From a virus (lineage: Duplodnaviria > Caudoviricetes), in the IMG/VR virus record IMGVR_UViG_3300048878_000193, positions 1-42,947 of that record: a stretch of 42,947 nt of DNA; one strand, given 5' to 3'. The translations under genes and the position numbers were made by a program. Below the pieces are notes generated by a model. That model was given only the letters and a program-made list of their open reading frames with translations. It did not search any database and was not told the origin of the DNA. This document shows positions 10,083-18,098 of the stretch, one piece after another; position 1 is the stretch's first letter; each line of letters starts with the position of its first letter.

Positions 10083-10364
10083 TTAGGATACGGCTTCGGA
10101 CGTGGCTTCTTCTTCAAATACATCGGAATCCCCCTTCCCACATAAAACACAATCAATACGCCGAACACGCTGCTGCTTCTTACTTTGCATCCCCGGATAA
10201 TGACCCTCACAAACCCCAAAACACCCACAAACATGACAAATCTCTCGCGTAGGACGCCAACCACAAAAACAACCAAGCTCACCCTCAATATCTACACGTA
10301 AAGTAAAACCCGTATGGCAACGGGGACACAAATCCAAATTTACCATCACGATTTTTCTACCCAC
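10083..10364 (-). CDS. Small Zn-finger-like hypothetical protein
   Basis: 93 aa with CxxC pairs (CPRC, CHVC, CVLC); lies in a compositionally skewed region, so it may be spurious. Confidence 0.5.
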   Translation of the reverse strand: MGRKIVMVNLDLCPRCHTGFTLRVDIEGELGCFCGWRPTREICHVCGCFGVCEGHYPGMQSKKQQRVRRIDCVLCGKGDSDVFEEEATSEAVS

Positions 10365-10461
10365 TAAATCCCCATTTTGTAGTCCGCATCATCCCTCGGT
10401 CCTAGTACCTACCCCACCGCCGCCGCTCCCCCCGCGGGCACCCCCCCTCGCGCACGCTCCT

Positions 10462-10986
10462 TTATCCCGCCGCCGATCGCTCGCTTCCATCGCTCACCTC
10501 GGCGGGATCGCTCACCACCGCGGCCACGTCTACCACCGCCCCCCCTGATGCGTCGCCCCGTAGCAGCGCCAACGCCGCGGCCAACTGTGGGACCGTCAAC
10601 GACCGCACCGCTGCGGTATCGGGTACATCATCCGCGGCGCGGTCATCGCGGTCCGACCATAGCCCCAGCCGCCGGCCTAGCAGATCGAGCGCCCTTATAC
10701 GGTCGCTATGCCGCGATGCCTCGCCGACTGATTCGACGAGCTTCGCAACGATCCACCCCTCGGTCGCCTCATTAGCCTCGCGTCGCGCTGCCTCTGCCTC
10801 GGTGAGGGCGTCGGTAAAGCGATCAGACGCGACCAGCCGCGCCGCGTTGGTGTGAACACTCCGCCGCTTGCCCTGATCCCCGTATCCCGCGGCGTATGCG
10901 TCGCTTTGGGATAGGCCGCGGAGTAGGCCGTCGAGGGTTGCGCGTTGGCGTAGTGGTAGGGCGTCGCGCTTTGGCGTGTTTGTCAT
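10462..10986 (-). CDS. terS: Terminase small subunit
   Basis: N-terminal HTH (GLSQSDAYAAGY...NAARL) and DRIRALDLLGRRLGLW motif typical of TerS; upstream of terL. Confidence 0.85.
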   Translation of the reverse strand: MTNTPKRDALPLRQRATLDGLLRGLSQSDAYAAGYGDQGKRRSVHTNAARLVASDRFTDALTEAEAARREANEATEGWIVAKLVESVGEASRHSDRIRALDLLGRRLGLWSDRDDRAADDVPDTAAVRSLTVPQLAAALALLRGDASGGAVVDVAAVVSDPAEVSDGSERSAAG

Positions 10987-10992
10987 GGGTTC

Positions 10993-11001
10993 AGGTTATC
11001 A
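10993..11001 (-). promoter_or_regulatory. Extended -10 promoter (TGATAACCT), probably giving a leaderless terS mRNA
   Basis: TGn-TAnnnT ends 6 nt before the terS ATG; no SD sequence present. Confidence 0.55.
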
Positions 11002-11022
11002 CGGCCTGAATTTACGATTAGC

Positions 11023-11052
11023 TTGACCGCCCGAAAGCCTATGTGTTACGCT
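11023..11052 (+). promoter_or_regulatory. Sigma70-like early promoter TTGACC-N18-TACGCT
   Basis: -35/-10 match with a TGn extension, at the head of the plus-strand arm and divergent from terS. Confidence 0.55.
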
Positions 11053-11102
11053 CGTTCGAGCGGTTGACCTACCGACCGCAACACAACCTACGGAGGGATC
11101 TA

Positions 11103-11423
11103 ATGATCCAAACTCAACGCATCGGCCAGTCGAAAGGCAAGCGACGCGTAACGCTTTGGAACCGTGCGCTAAACGATGCCGGCTTTCCCGCAGGAACTCG
11201 CATCGCAATCATCGCCGATCCTGTCGCGCACGATCTTACGATATTGCCAGACCTGGACGGTTTGCGCCGCGTGTCCGCGGTCAAGAATCACGGGAACGAC
11301 TTGCCCGTTATCGACTTGAAAGAAACCGGGAAACTGGACTTGTCTCACTTGGGCGACATTGGCGGGAACGTTACCGTTTCCATCCAGCCCGGGATTATCA
11401 CCATTACCCGAAAGGTTAATTAG
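11103..11423 (+). CDS. AbrB/SymE-fold-like hypothetical protein
   Basis: ATG after GGAGGG RBS; LWNRALNDAGFPAGTRI and PVIDL...VTV...GIITI resemble a tandem AbrB-type fold. Confidence 0.6.
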   Translation: MIQTQRIGQSKGKRRVTLWNRALNDAGFPAGTRIAIIADPVAHDLTILPDLDGLRRVSAVKNHGNDLPVIDLKETGKLDLSHLGDIGGNVTVSIQPGIITITRKVN

Positions 11424-11425
11424 AT

Positions 11426-11959
11426 ATGACAACCGCAACGACCGAACACCGCGTATATATCGCGAGTCTCGCGGACTATAACGCGGGCCGCTTGCATGGC
11501 CGATGGATTGACGCCACGCTAGGCGCGGAACACATCCAGACCGAAACCGCCGCCATGCTTGCCGAGTCCCGCGAACCGTTCGCCGAGGAATGGGCAATTC
11601 ACGACTATGAGGGATTCGAGGGGTGGAAGCTCGGCGAGTGGGAATCATTCGACACCGTGGCCGAAGTCGCCGAAGCGATGGAAGCCGCCGACGATCCCGC
11701 CGCGGTGGGCGCATGGATCGCGAACCAACCGGAATACAACGTTCAGAACCTTGACGGATTCGCGGACGAGTACCGCGGGGAATGGTCGAGCGGCGCGGAG
11801 TACGCCGAGCAGTTTTACGAGGAAACGGTAGGCGCGGAAGCGCTGGGACCGCTGGCCCTGTACATCGATTGGGCGCACGTATGGCGCGATAAGTTCGAGT
11901 ACGCCAACACATGGAGCGCGAACAGCGCCGGCGGTATCTACGTTTTCGAGGGATCCTAG
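11426..11959 (+). CDS. ardA: ArdA antirestriction protein (DNA mimic)
   Basis: VYIASLADYNAGRLHGRWID...EEWAIHDYEGF...GEWES; highly acidic. Confidence 0.93.
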   Translation: MTTATTEHRVYIASLADYNAGRLHGRWIDATLGAEHIQTETAAMLAESREPFAEEWAIHDYEGFEGWKLGEWESFDTVAEVAEAMEAADDPAAVGAWIANQPEYNVQNLDGFADEYRGEWSSGAEYAEQFYEETVGAEALGPLALYIDWAHVWRDKFEYANTWSANSAGGIYVFEGS

Positions 11960-11969
11960 ATCCCCCAAC

Positions 11970-12046
11970 GCTTGACCGCTGCCGCGGGTCGCAACCTGTA
12001 ACGGGTTGCCTCCCGCATCGGCGAACCTAGCCGAATCACAACCTAC
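11970..12046 (+). repeat. Intergenic two-hairpin element, copy A
   Basis: GCTTGACCGCTG - stem-loop - TCGGC GAACCTA GCCGA - ACAACCTA. Confidence 0.9.
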
Positions 12047-12058
12047 CGGAGATTGACC

Positions 12059-12307
12059 ATGCTGCTACCGAAATGCACACAGCCCAGCGATTTTCAGGTT
12101 GACGACGGGCTGCATCACAGCGGAACCAACGTCGGCCCTGAGGGTTGGCTTTGCATCGATTGTGCGCTACGTGAGCGTGACGTATTGATTGAAGCCTTAC
12201 AGGGCATCGTTTCCTATATGCACGGGCGACCAGACATCAAACTGGCGATGCGAGAGGAAGTGTTCGCAGTCGAGGCCGCACTAGCAACAGCGACCGTACG
12301 CGCCTAA
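12059..12307 (+). CDS. Hypothetical protein
   Basis: ATG 7 nt after GGAG; flanked by repeat elements. Confidence 0.7.
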   Translation: MLLPKCTQPSDFQVDDGLHHSGTNVGPEGWLCIDCALRERDVLIEALQGIVSYMHGRPDIKLAMREEVFAVEAALATATVRA

Positions 12308-12310
12308 CGC

Positions 12311-12382
12311 GCTTGACCGCTGCCGCGGGTCGCAACGCTTGACCGCTTGCCTCCCGCTTCGGCGAACCTAGCCGACAACCTA
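12311..12382 (+). repeat. Intergenic two-hairpin element, copy B
   Basis: Same consensus as copy A; loop of hairpin 1 contains a second GCTTGACCGC. Confidence 0.9.
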
Positions 12383-12424
12383 ACGCCCGGTATGAGTACC
12401 GGGACAGTCCAGGAGTACGACGCG

Positions 12425-12625
12425 ATGCCCAACCTACGCGAGAGAACTACCGACCGACTGAATAACACCCCGCGAAAACTAGAGATACGGGCAGCGAATC
12501 AGGACATGGAAAGACTTAGGGCGCAAGCGCGGCAGACCTGTCTCGAGTGCGGGCGCATCTTCAACCTGTGGGCCGAAGTAGACGCGCAGGAATGGGCCTA
12601 CGGCCACGATTGCGAAGTTACCTAA
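12425..12625 (+). CDS. Hypothetical protein with CxxC...HDC metal-binding motif
   Basis: AGGAG RBS; CLECGRIFNL...EWAYGHDCE. Confidence 0.7.
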   Translation: MPNLRERTTDRLNNTPRKLEIRAANQDMERLRAQARQTCLECGRIFNLWAEVDAQEWAYGHDCEVT

Positions 12626-12648
12626 CCGCTAACCGTTTGTACGCCCAT

Positions 12649-12678
12649 CCGCCCGCGAGCTTCACCGCTCGCGGGCGG
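12649..12678. other. Perfect 12-bp GC-rich intergenic hairpin
   Basis: CCGCCCGCGAGC-TTCACC-GCTCGCGGGCGG; no U-tract; CAACCTA follows at 12701. Confidence 0.75.
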
Positions 12679-12729
12679 TCACGGTTGCACAAGCATCCGA
12701 CAACCTACGAGCCCCGGAGCGAACGACCT

Positions 12730-13200
12730 ATGACGACCGAAACGGTTAACTTCACAATCAGGTACGACGCGGGCAACCTCGCCGGCCTGGACATTCCGCA
12801 AACCGTAACCGTGCCGAACCACGGGGAAGCGTTGCGGTACGTGCGATTCTACGAGGGCGTGCGATTTACGAACGACTTTATCCGAGCGGTAGGCACGGGC
12901 CACAAGTACCGGATCATCGGCCCGGTAACGATCACCGAAGCGCGCCGCCTAGTATCGAGCTCATGCGGAACGGGCGCGCACGGCGGTTGCTTTGGGAATC
13001 TTTGCCCGTGCAACTGCCACCGGATCGATCTTAACGGTTGCACTTGCCCGTTGACTCTGGCCGCCATTGAGGAACACGGGCATATGACCGACTGCCCCCG
13101 ATCCGCCGCCGCGTGGCGCATAGCCGAACGTGACGCAGCGATTAAGGCCCGCGGCGGTATCGCATGGGGCGCGCCGGCGCAACCGGGCGAGTTTTCCTAA
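12730..13200 (+). CDS. Hypothetical protein, Cys/His-rich C-terminus
   Basis: ATG after GGAG; stop overlaps next ATG. Confidence 0.7.
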   Translation: MTTETVNFTIRYDAGNLAGLDIPQTVTVPNHGEALRYVRFYEGVRFTNDFIRAVGTGHKYRIIGPVTITEARRLVSSSCGTGAHGGCFGNLCPCNCHRIDLNGCTCPLTLAAIEEHGHMTDCPRSAAAWRIAERDAAIKARGGIAWGAPAQPGEFS

Positions 13201-13601
13201 TGATCGCCTGTAACCGATGCGGCCACGAATGGGCGACCGATCCCGCATACGCGGCACCCTGTAACGAGTGCAACGCGGGATCGGGGAAGCCGTGCGGGAA
13301 CCTAGCGCCGAGCGAACACCGGAAAAACGCGAAGTTTGCACCGATAAAAGGTTTCCCGTTCCACGCCGCCCGCGACATGGGATCGGCGGCCCTGGGCGCC
13401 TACTGTCACCCGTGCGACGGCAAGAGGCACGGCAAATGCTCGACCTACTGCCCCTATCAGGGCGACGGCGCGAGCTCACCCGAGCCCCGGCAAGCGCATC
13501 AAATAGGCTTCGGCACTATCGACCCGGACGCGGGGCCGCGTGAGGGCGCGGTAAAGAGTGAGAACGCCGATAGTCGATATGGCACGGTGCCGATGTTTTA
13601 G
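13200..13601 (+). CDS. Zn-finger protein
   Basis: TAATG coupling; CNRCGHEW...CNECNAGSGKPC...H. Confidence 0.7.
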   Translation: MIACNRCGHEWATDPAYAAPCNECNAGSGKPCGNLAPSEHRKNAKFAPIKGFPFHAARDMGSAALGAYCHPCDGKRHGKCSTYCPYQGDGASSPEPRQAHQIGFGTIDPDAGPREGAVKSENADSRYGTVPMF

Positions 13602-13613
13602 CGCCTAACCTTA

Positions 13614-13686
13614 GCTTGACCGCTGCCCCTGGACGCGAACGTAGCGAGTCGCGTCTAGGATCGGCGAACCTAGCCGAACAACCTAC
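13614..13686 (+). repeat. Intergenic two-hairpin element, copy C
   Basis: Conserved ends; hairpin 1 has a different sequence but still pairs (CCTGGACGCGA/TCGCGTCTAGG). Confidence 0.9.
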
Positions 13687-13707
13687 CGCCCGAGAGGATA
13701 TCGACCA

Positions 13708-14046
13708 ATGGCCTCCCCCTATCAATTCATTAGCACGCCGTCACACGGCTACCTCATGGTTCCCGAGGTTAAGTATCGGGCCAGCGGTTACAAGGCAAGC
13801 CGGTTCAGCTACCGCGGCAACGGCTACGTTTATCTTGAAGAAGATTGCGACGCGACCGGGTTTATGAAAGCCGCGGGCGTTACTTCCGATCACTTCGCCG
13901 ACGTTCACGTTGAACGCGACATAACTTTGAAACTCACCCCAATGAGCGGCGCCGGATTCGTGAGCCCGTACGCGGACGCAGCGTGGCGCATAGCCGAACG
14001 CGAGGGCCACCCGCCGGCGTGGCTCGCTAACAACCGTAACGCTTGA
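13708..14046 (+). CDS. Hypothetical protein with STPSHG...LEEDCD motif (DUF7007-like from memory)
   Basis: GAGG RBS; motif recalled from small phage/plasmid early proteins. Confidence 0.7.
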   Translation: MASPYQFISTPSHGYLMVPEVKYRASGYKASRFSYRGNGYVYLEEDCDATGFMKAAGVTSDHFADVHVERDITLKLTPMSGAGFVSPYADAAWRIAEREGHPPAWLANNRNA

Positions 14047-14113
14047 CCGCTGATTCCGGGCGCAACTCTTACGGGTTGCGTTCGGGCGCGGCGAACCTAG
14101 CCGAACAACCTAC
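14041..14113 (+). repeat. Intergenic two-hairpin element, copy D
   Basis: Conserved ends; hairpin 1 has several G-U pairs; its TGA is the upstream gene's stop codon. Confidence 0.9.
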
Positions 14114-14133
14114 ATGCGAAAGGATCACAACCT

Positions 14134-14349
14134 ATGCCCCATAGCACGACCACATTCGACACCCGGAAACAGGCGCTACATTTTGTCCGCTTGCTGGCCG
14201 AGAGGCGCGGCACACGCGCCGCTCACGGTGTCGCGAACACCTACGCACCCGAATCTCTTAACTACCGGGAATTACACCGGAGCGTTTACGTTTGGACCGG
14301 CGACAAGTCGGAAACGTGGACGCTTAACTTCAACATGATCGGAGCCTAA
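14134..14349 (+). CDS. Hypothetical protein
   Basis: AAGGA RBS, operon packing. Confidence 0.65.
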   Translation: MPHSTTTFDTRKQALHFVRLLAERRGTRAAHGVANTYAPESLNYRELHRSVYVWTGDKSETWTLNFNMIGA

Positions 14350-14351
14350 CC

Positions 14352-14762
14352 GTGACCACGAAAGCGCAAGCGATGAAACAGTGGGCCGACCTGGAACCGG
14401 GCGCGGACCCGCTCGCGGTTATGGCCCCGATTCCGTACAAGGCCAGCGGGTCGAAGTACGGCACCGATTCGATCAGGATTGGCGGGTCGCCCGAGTTTAT
14501 CGACGCCGTTATGTCGAACCTGAAACCCCTGCTGGACGGTGAGAATCACGCGACCCGGCTCACCCTATCGCGGGCCGAAGTGAAGCCGACCGAGATTAAC
14601 GGCGAGCGTCGCAGTTTCCAGAACGCAGCACCGGGCGCGGAAGTCGTATACATCGCCCTGAATATGCGCGGCGACGAGGGCGCAATCGCGAGCGGGATGC
14701 TCGACCGCAACCTGGACGGCGCAACCGAACGGTTCGCGGACACGAACAGGTACGCACGATGA
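14352..14762 (+). CDS. Hypothetical protein
   Basis: GGAG RBS, ATGA overlap with next gene. Confidence 0.75.
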   Translation: MTTKAQAMKQWADLEPGADPLAVMAPIPYKASGSKYGTDSIRIGGSPEFIDAVMSNLKPLLDGENHATRLTLSRAEVKPTEINGERRSFQNAAPGAEVVYIALNMRGDEGAIASGMLDRNLDGATERFADTNRYAR

Positions 14763-15157
14763 TCGGCCCGTACCCGCTGACCTACACCCGTGACGGCGAC
14801 GGCGGGGTTTTGAGTCTCGCCGGCGACGGCGGTTTGAGTTACTTCGGATCAGTCAGCTACGGGTGCCGCAACTACGCGGACGAGGTTGTGAAGCGGCACA
14901 ACGCATACAAGGCCAATCAGGAGCTGATCCTGCGCCTGTCCGGGCAGCTCAGTGAGGCGCACGAGGTACTGCGGGAGGGCGCGGTGTCGCTCGAAAACTC
15001 ATTAAAGCGGATCACGCTGATTGACGGCGGGATCACCGACGAAAACGAGGAATTATATTACCTCGGGATTGCCGCGCTGGACAATATGACCGACCTCGAT
15101 CCAACGACCTACACCCTCACCGACCGCGGCAGGGCCGCATTGGAGGCGACGCGATGA
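14759..15157 (+). CDS. Hypothetical protein
   Basis: ATGA overlaps at both ends. Confidence 0.75.
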   Translation: MIGPYPLTYTRDGDGGVLSLAGDGGLSYFGSVSYGCRNYADEVVKRHNAYKANQELILRLSGQLSEAHEVLREGAVSLENSLKRITLIDGGITDENEELYYLGIAALDNMTDLDPTTYTLTDRGRAALEATR

Positions 15158-15351
15158 CCACGACCGAAACAAAATACTACGTCACGGCAATAGCCGACGA
15201 GGACGGCCACGAGTGCGACAGTTGCGGGGTAGTCCCCGAATGGTTCACCGGATGGTACGGCCTAGTCGGTGAGGATGAGGGAGGCTTTATCGCCTACTTC
15301 TCAACGCTGGAAGCCGCCAACGCAGCCGCGATAGCGGCAGAGGGGAAGTAA
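15154..15351 (+). CDS. Small acidic hypothetical protein
   Basis: GGAGG RBS, operon packing. Confidence 0.7.
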   Translation: MTTTETKYYVTAIADEDGHECDSCGVVPEWFTGWYGLVGEDEGGFIAYFSTLEAANAAAIAAEGK

Positions 15352-15353
15352 CA

Positions 15354-15812
15354 ATGGACTCGAAACAGTTTTACACCGACTACTACGCCTCACTGAAAGG
15401 CGCGCGGATCACCAAAGTCGAGTTAATCCCCGACGAGGAATGGCCCGACCACTTCTGGCCGACCTTCACCGTCAAGACCAAAGCAATTCGCAAGACCAAG
15501 ACCCGCGACGCTGTACCCGCCCAGACCCTCACCATTGAGGTGAGCCAGGACGAGGAAGGCAACGGGCCGGGGTTCCTGTTCGGACTGCCGAATCCAAAGC
15601 AACCCGAGCAGGTAATCACCGACATCGCGGAAGTTGATCCACGGCTGGACGAGAAGCGCGCAGCCGCGCAGCGGGTCAACACAGGTAACGATCCCGACTG
15701 TCTGCTATGCGTCAAGAAACTCACGCACGGCGTTCACTTCTACAACCAAGAGGGCGAGAACAATCGCGAGGCGCGGTTGGCCTACGTCGAGAAATACGGG
15801 AGCAAAAAATGA
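15354..15812 (+). CDS. Hypothetical protein
   Basis: 152 aa, SQDEEGNGPGFLF motif, operon packing. Confidence 0.75.
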   Translation: MDSKQFYTDYYASLKGARITKVELIPDEEWPDHFWPTFTVKTKAIRKTKTRDAVPAQTLTIEVSQDEEGNGPGFLFGLPNPKQPEQVITDIAEVDPRLDEKRAAAQRVNTGNDPDCLLCVKKLTHGVHFYNQEGENNREARLAYVEKYGSKK

Positions 15813-16156
15813 ACATGCAACAGGCGCACGAACACGCCGACGAGCACACTCAGACGTGCAACGATCCGAATTGCCAAACTTGCAACCCGGGCGTGTACGA
15901 CTCGATCCTGCTATCGCAACTGATCGAGCAACTACAAGCGATCACGCCGCTCTGCGTCGTGTGCAACATGCCGAACCACGACGACCTCGAACCCGAGCTC
16001 AAACACGATTTCGACCCTGCGGGCGATCCACTTGTGACGGTATACGTCGAGGATTGGTACAGGCATATCGAATCGGTCACGGTGCCAGATCAGATGAGCG
16101 GCCCGTGGACGGTCGTGCTACGACTCGGGCGGTCGTTTGATCCGAGGGAAATCTAA
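15809..16156 (+). CDS. Hypothetical Cys/His-rich protein
   Basis: ATGA overlap, GGAG RBS. Confidence 0.65.
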   Translation: MNMQQAHEHADEHTQTCNDPNCQTCNPGVYDSILLSQLIEQLQAITPLCVVCNMPNHDDLEPELKHDFDPAGDPLVTVYVEDWYRHIESVTVPDQMSGPWTVVLRLGRSFDPREI

Positions 16157-16449
16157 TGGCCGACCGACACCACTTCGAGCCCGGGCCGAACGAACGGTGC
16201 CGGGAGTGCAAGGCCGAGGAATGGGAAAACCAACCGTGGAAGCCTCAACACTTCCCGGGACTACTGCGCGGCGACTACTCGACCGACTGCCCGGTGTGCA
16301 GCGCCAGCGCAGAGGGAACGGCCACGTACGCGACCGGCGAGAAACTTGATTGGGGTAACGATCGGGGATCTTACACGCCGTATGAGGGCGAGGTTATGAA
16401 GATCGTGTACGTTCAGTGTGCCGCGTGCGGTTGGGATCAAGCGTCTTGA
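16156..16449 (+). CDS. Hypothetical Zn-ribbon protein
   Basis: Three CxxC motifs; TAATG coupling. Confidence 0.7.
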   Translation: MADRHHFEPGPNERCRECKAEEWENQPWKPQHFPGLLRGDYSTDCPVCSASAEGTATYATGEKLDWGNDRGSYTPYEGEVMKIVYVQCAACGWDQAS

Positions 16450-17255
16450 TAAAGCTCAAAACGCACCGACCGGATTCGATGTGGTCAACGCTGGAACTGG
16501 CTGAGTCTTTGGGCTGGATCGACGAGAACATCGAGCCGTGGACTCCCGCCGCCGCTGACGCAACCGAAGCCTCTGCCGAGGACTGGCTGAAAGACCACGA
16601 TTACCTGATCCTGCCGATGGAAGGCGATGCCCTACGCATAGCCGATCTCTACTGCGGGGCCGGTGGCGCAGGGATGGGCTTGCACAGAGCCGGGTTCGAC
16701 GTAGTTGGCTACGACATTAACCGCCAGCCCGACTACCCGTTCGAGTTCCACCGGACCGATGCGCTAGGCGTAGACCTGTCAGGATTCGATGCGGTATGGG
16801 CCAGCCCACCCTGCCAGGCGTACACCCGCAAGTCTGCAACGTGGGGCCGTCCGAGGGTCAACGATATCCAACACCCCGACCTCGTGGGGCCTACCCGCCA
16901 ACTCCTGGTCGAGTCAGGGTTGCCATACGTTATCGAGAACGTCGTGGGCGCACCGCTGGACGCATCGCTAATGCTGTGCGGGACGATGTTCGGGTTGCGG
17001 CTAATCAAGCACCGAATCTTTGAGTCCAACATATCGCTGGGGATGTCACCGGCAGCTTGCGATCACAGTGATGTGTATAACCCGTGGCAGGGCAAAGGCC
17101 GCAACGCAGAGAAGTTTCGCGAGGCGCAGGGAACGCCGTGGATTCCGAGTCCCGGCGGAGCGTCCCGCAAGGCCGGGTACACCGGCGATCTAAGCAACGC
17201 TATCCCACCAGCCTACTCAAAACACTTGGGAGATATGCTAAGTGACGCTTGCTAA
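16446..17255 (+). CDS. DNA (cytosine-5) methyltransferase
   Basis: DLYCGAGG (motif I), ASPPCQ (catalytic PC), IENV (motif VI), LCGTMFGL; start codon uncertain. Confidence 0.9.
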   Translation: MIKLKTHRPDSMWSTLELAESLGWIDENIEPWTPAAADATEASAEDWLKDHDYLILPMEGDALRIADLYCGAGGAGMGLHRAGFDVVGYDINRQPDYPFEFHRTDALGVDLSGFDAVWASPPCQAYTRKSATWGRPRVNDIQHPDLVGPTRQLLVESGLPYVIENVVGAPLDASLMLCGTMFGLRLIKHRIFESNISLGMSPAACDHSDVYNPWQGKGRNAEKFREAQGTPWIPSPGGASRKAGYTGDLSNAIPPAYSKHLGDMLSDAC

Positions 17256-17282
17256 TAGTAATCACAACCTTGAGGTAAACCA

Positions 17283-17573
17283 ATGAATCGACAAGACATG
17301 ATCGGAGTGCTAGGCGCGATGCCGCACCTTGACGTCCCGGTGAGGATCAAGAAGGGTCCGACCGGCCAGATCGCAGACGTAGGGCAAATCACTTACGACC
17401 CCGAGGCCGGCGTAATCCTGATCGTCGCAGCCGGCAGCGTTGGCGGCCGGCCACGCGCAGAGCTCACGACCGAGCAAGCGCACGCGGCAGTCGAAAAACA
17501 CGGGTCGATAAGTGCTGCGGCGCGCGAGTTAAACGTGCCTCGCAGCACCTTACAGGGGCGGTTGAACCGATGA
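17283..17573 (+). CDS. Protein with C-terminal Fis-like HTH
   Basis: HGSISAAARELNVPRSTLQGRL; GAGGT RBS. Confidence 0.8.
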   Translation: MNRQDMIGVLGAMPHLDVPVRIKKGPTGQIADVGQITYDPEAGVILIVAAGSVGGRPRAELTTEQAHAAVEKHGSISAAARELNVPRSTLQGRLNR

Positions 17574-17725
17574 GCATGACAAGCCTGGGCTACTCACTGG
17601 AACCGCCCGACAACGATCACGTTGCCGAGTGCGAGGACGCTCCTGGAACCGAGTGCATCTGCGAGGAACTGCTCGATGTTTGCGCCGGATGCCAACTGCC
17701 AGGACGTTACTGCGTTTGCCCGTGA
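17570..17725 (+). CDS. Small Cys-rich protein (51 aa, below track cutoff)
   Basis: MSMTSLGYSLEPPDNDHVAECEDAPGTECICEELLDVCAGCQLPGRYCVCP; ATGA overlap. Confidence 0.55.
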   Translation: MSMTSLGYSLEPPDNDHVAECEDAPGTECICEELLDVCAGCQLPGRYCVCP

Positions 17726-17869
17726 TAGACTTCAAGTAAGTCAGATGTGCGCCTGCGATTTCGTAGGTTGTTTGAGCGTGGCGCTGCTGGCTTCCGGGGC
17801 GGGTCGCTTTATAACCGACCCTCACCCCGGAACAAACCTATCAACCTACAACGCGAGAGGAACCTACGC

Positions 17870-18085
17870 ATGGCCGAGCAACCTACCCTTAGCCACCCCA
17901 ACCCCTACGACCCCGAAGCCGATCACCGCGTCAAGGCGTGCGTGCTGATGGACGCGCTTCACATCTACCTCGACGAGAACCCCGAACGTGCTCGCCTGAT
18001 GATCGACGCCGCGGCGGTATCTATCCAGATCGCAGACCACTATCAGCGTGTCTACACGCGCATTGAACGTGCCAAACACGAATGA
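17870..18085 (+). CDS. Hypothetical protein
   Basis: GAGG RBS then ATG. Confidence 0.65.
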   Translation: MAEQPTLSHPNPYDPEADHRVKACVLMDALHIYLDENPERARLMIDAAAVSIQIADHYQRVYTRIERAKHE

Positions 18086-18098
18086 GTACGAGCCCACG

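Noticed and set aside
11970-14113. Intergenic repeats as HDV-like/hammerhead ribozymes or a CRISPR array
   Set aside because: GGCGAA recalls HDV J4/2, but I could not build the nested P1/P2 pseudoknot, and there is no CUGANGA/GAAA core. The repeats are separated by whole genes, not spacers
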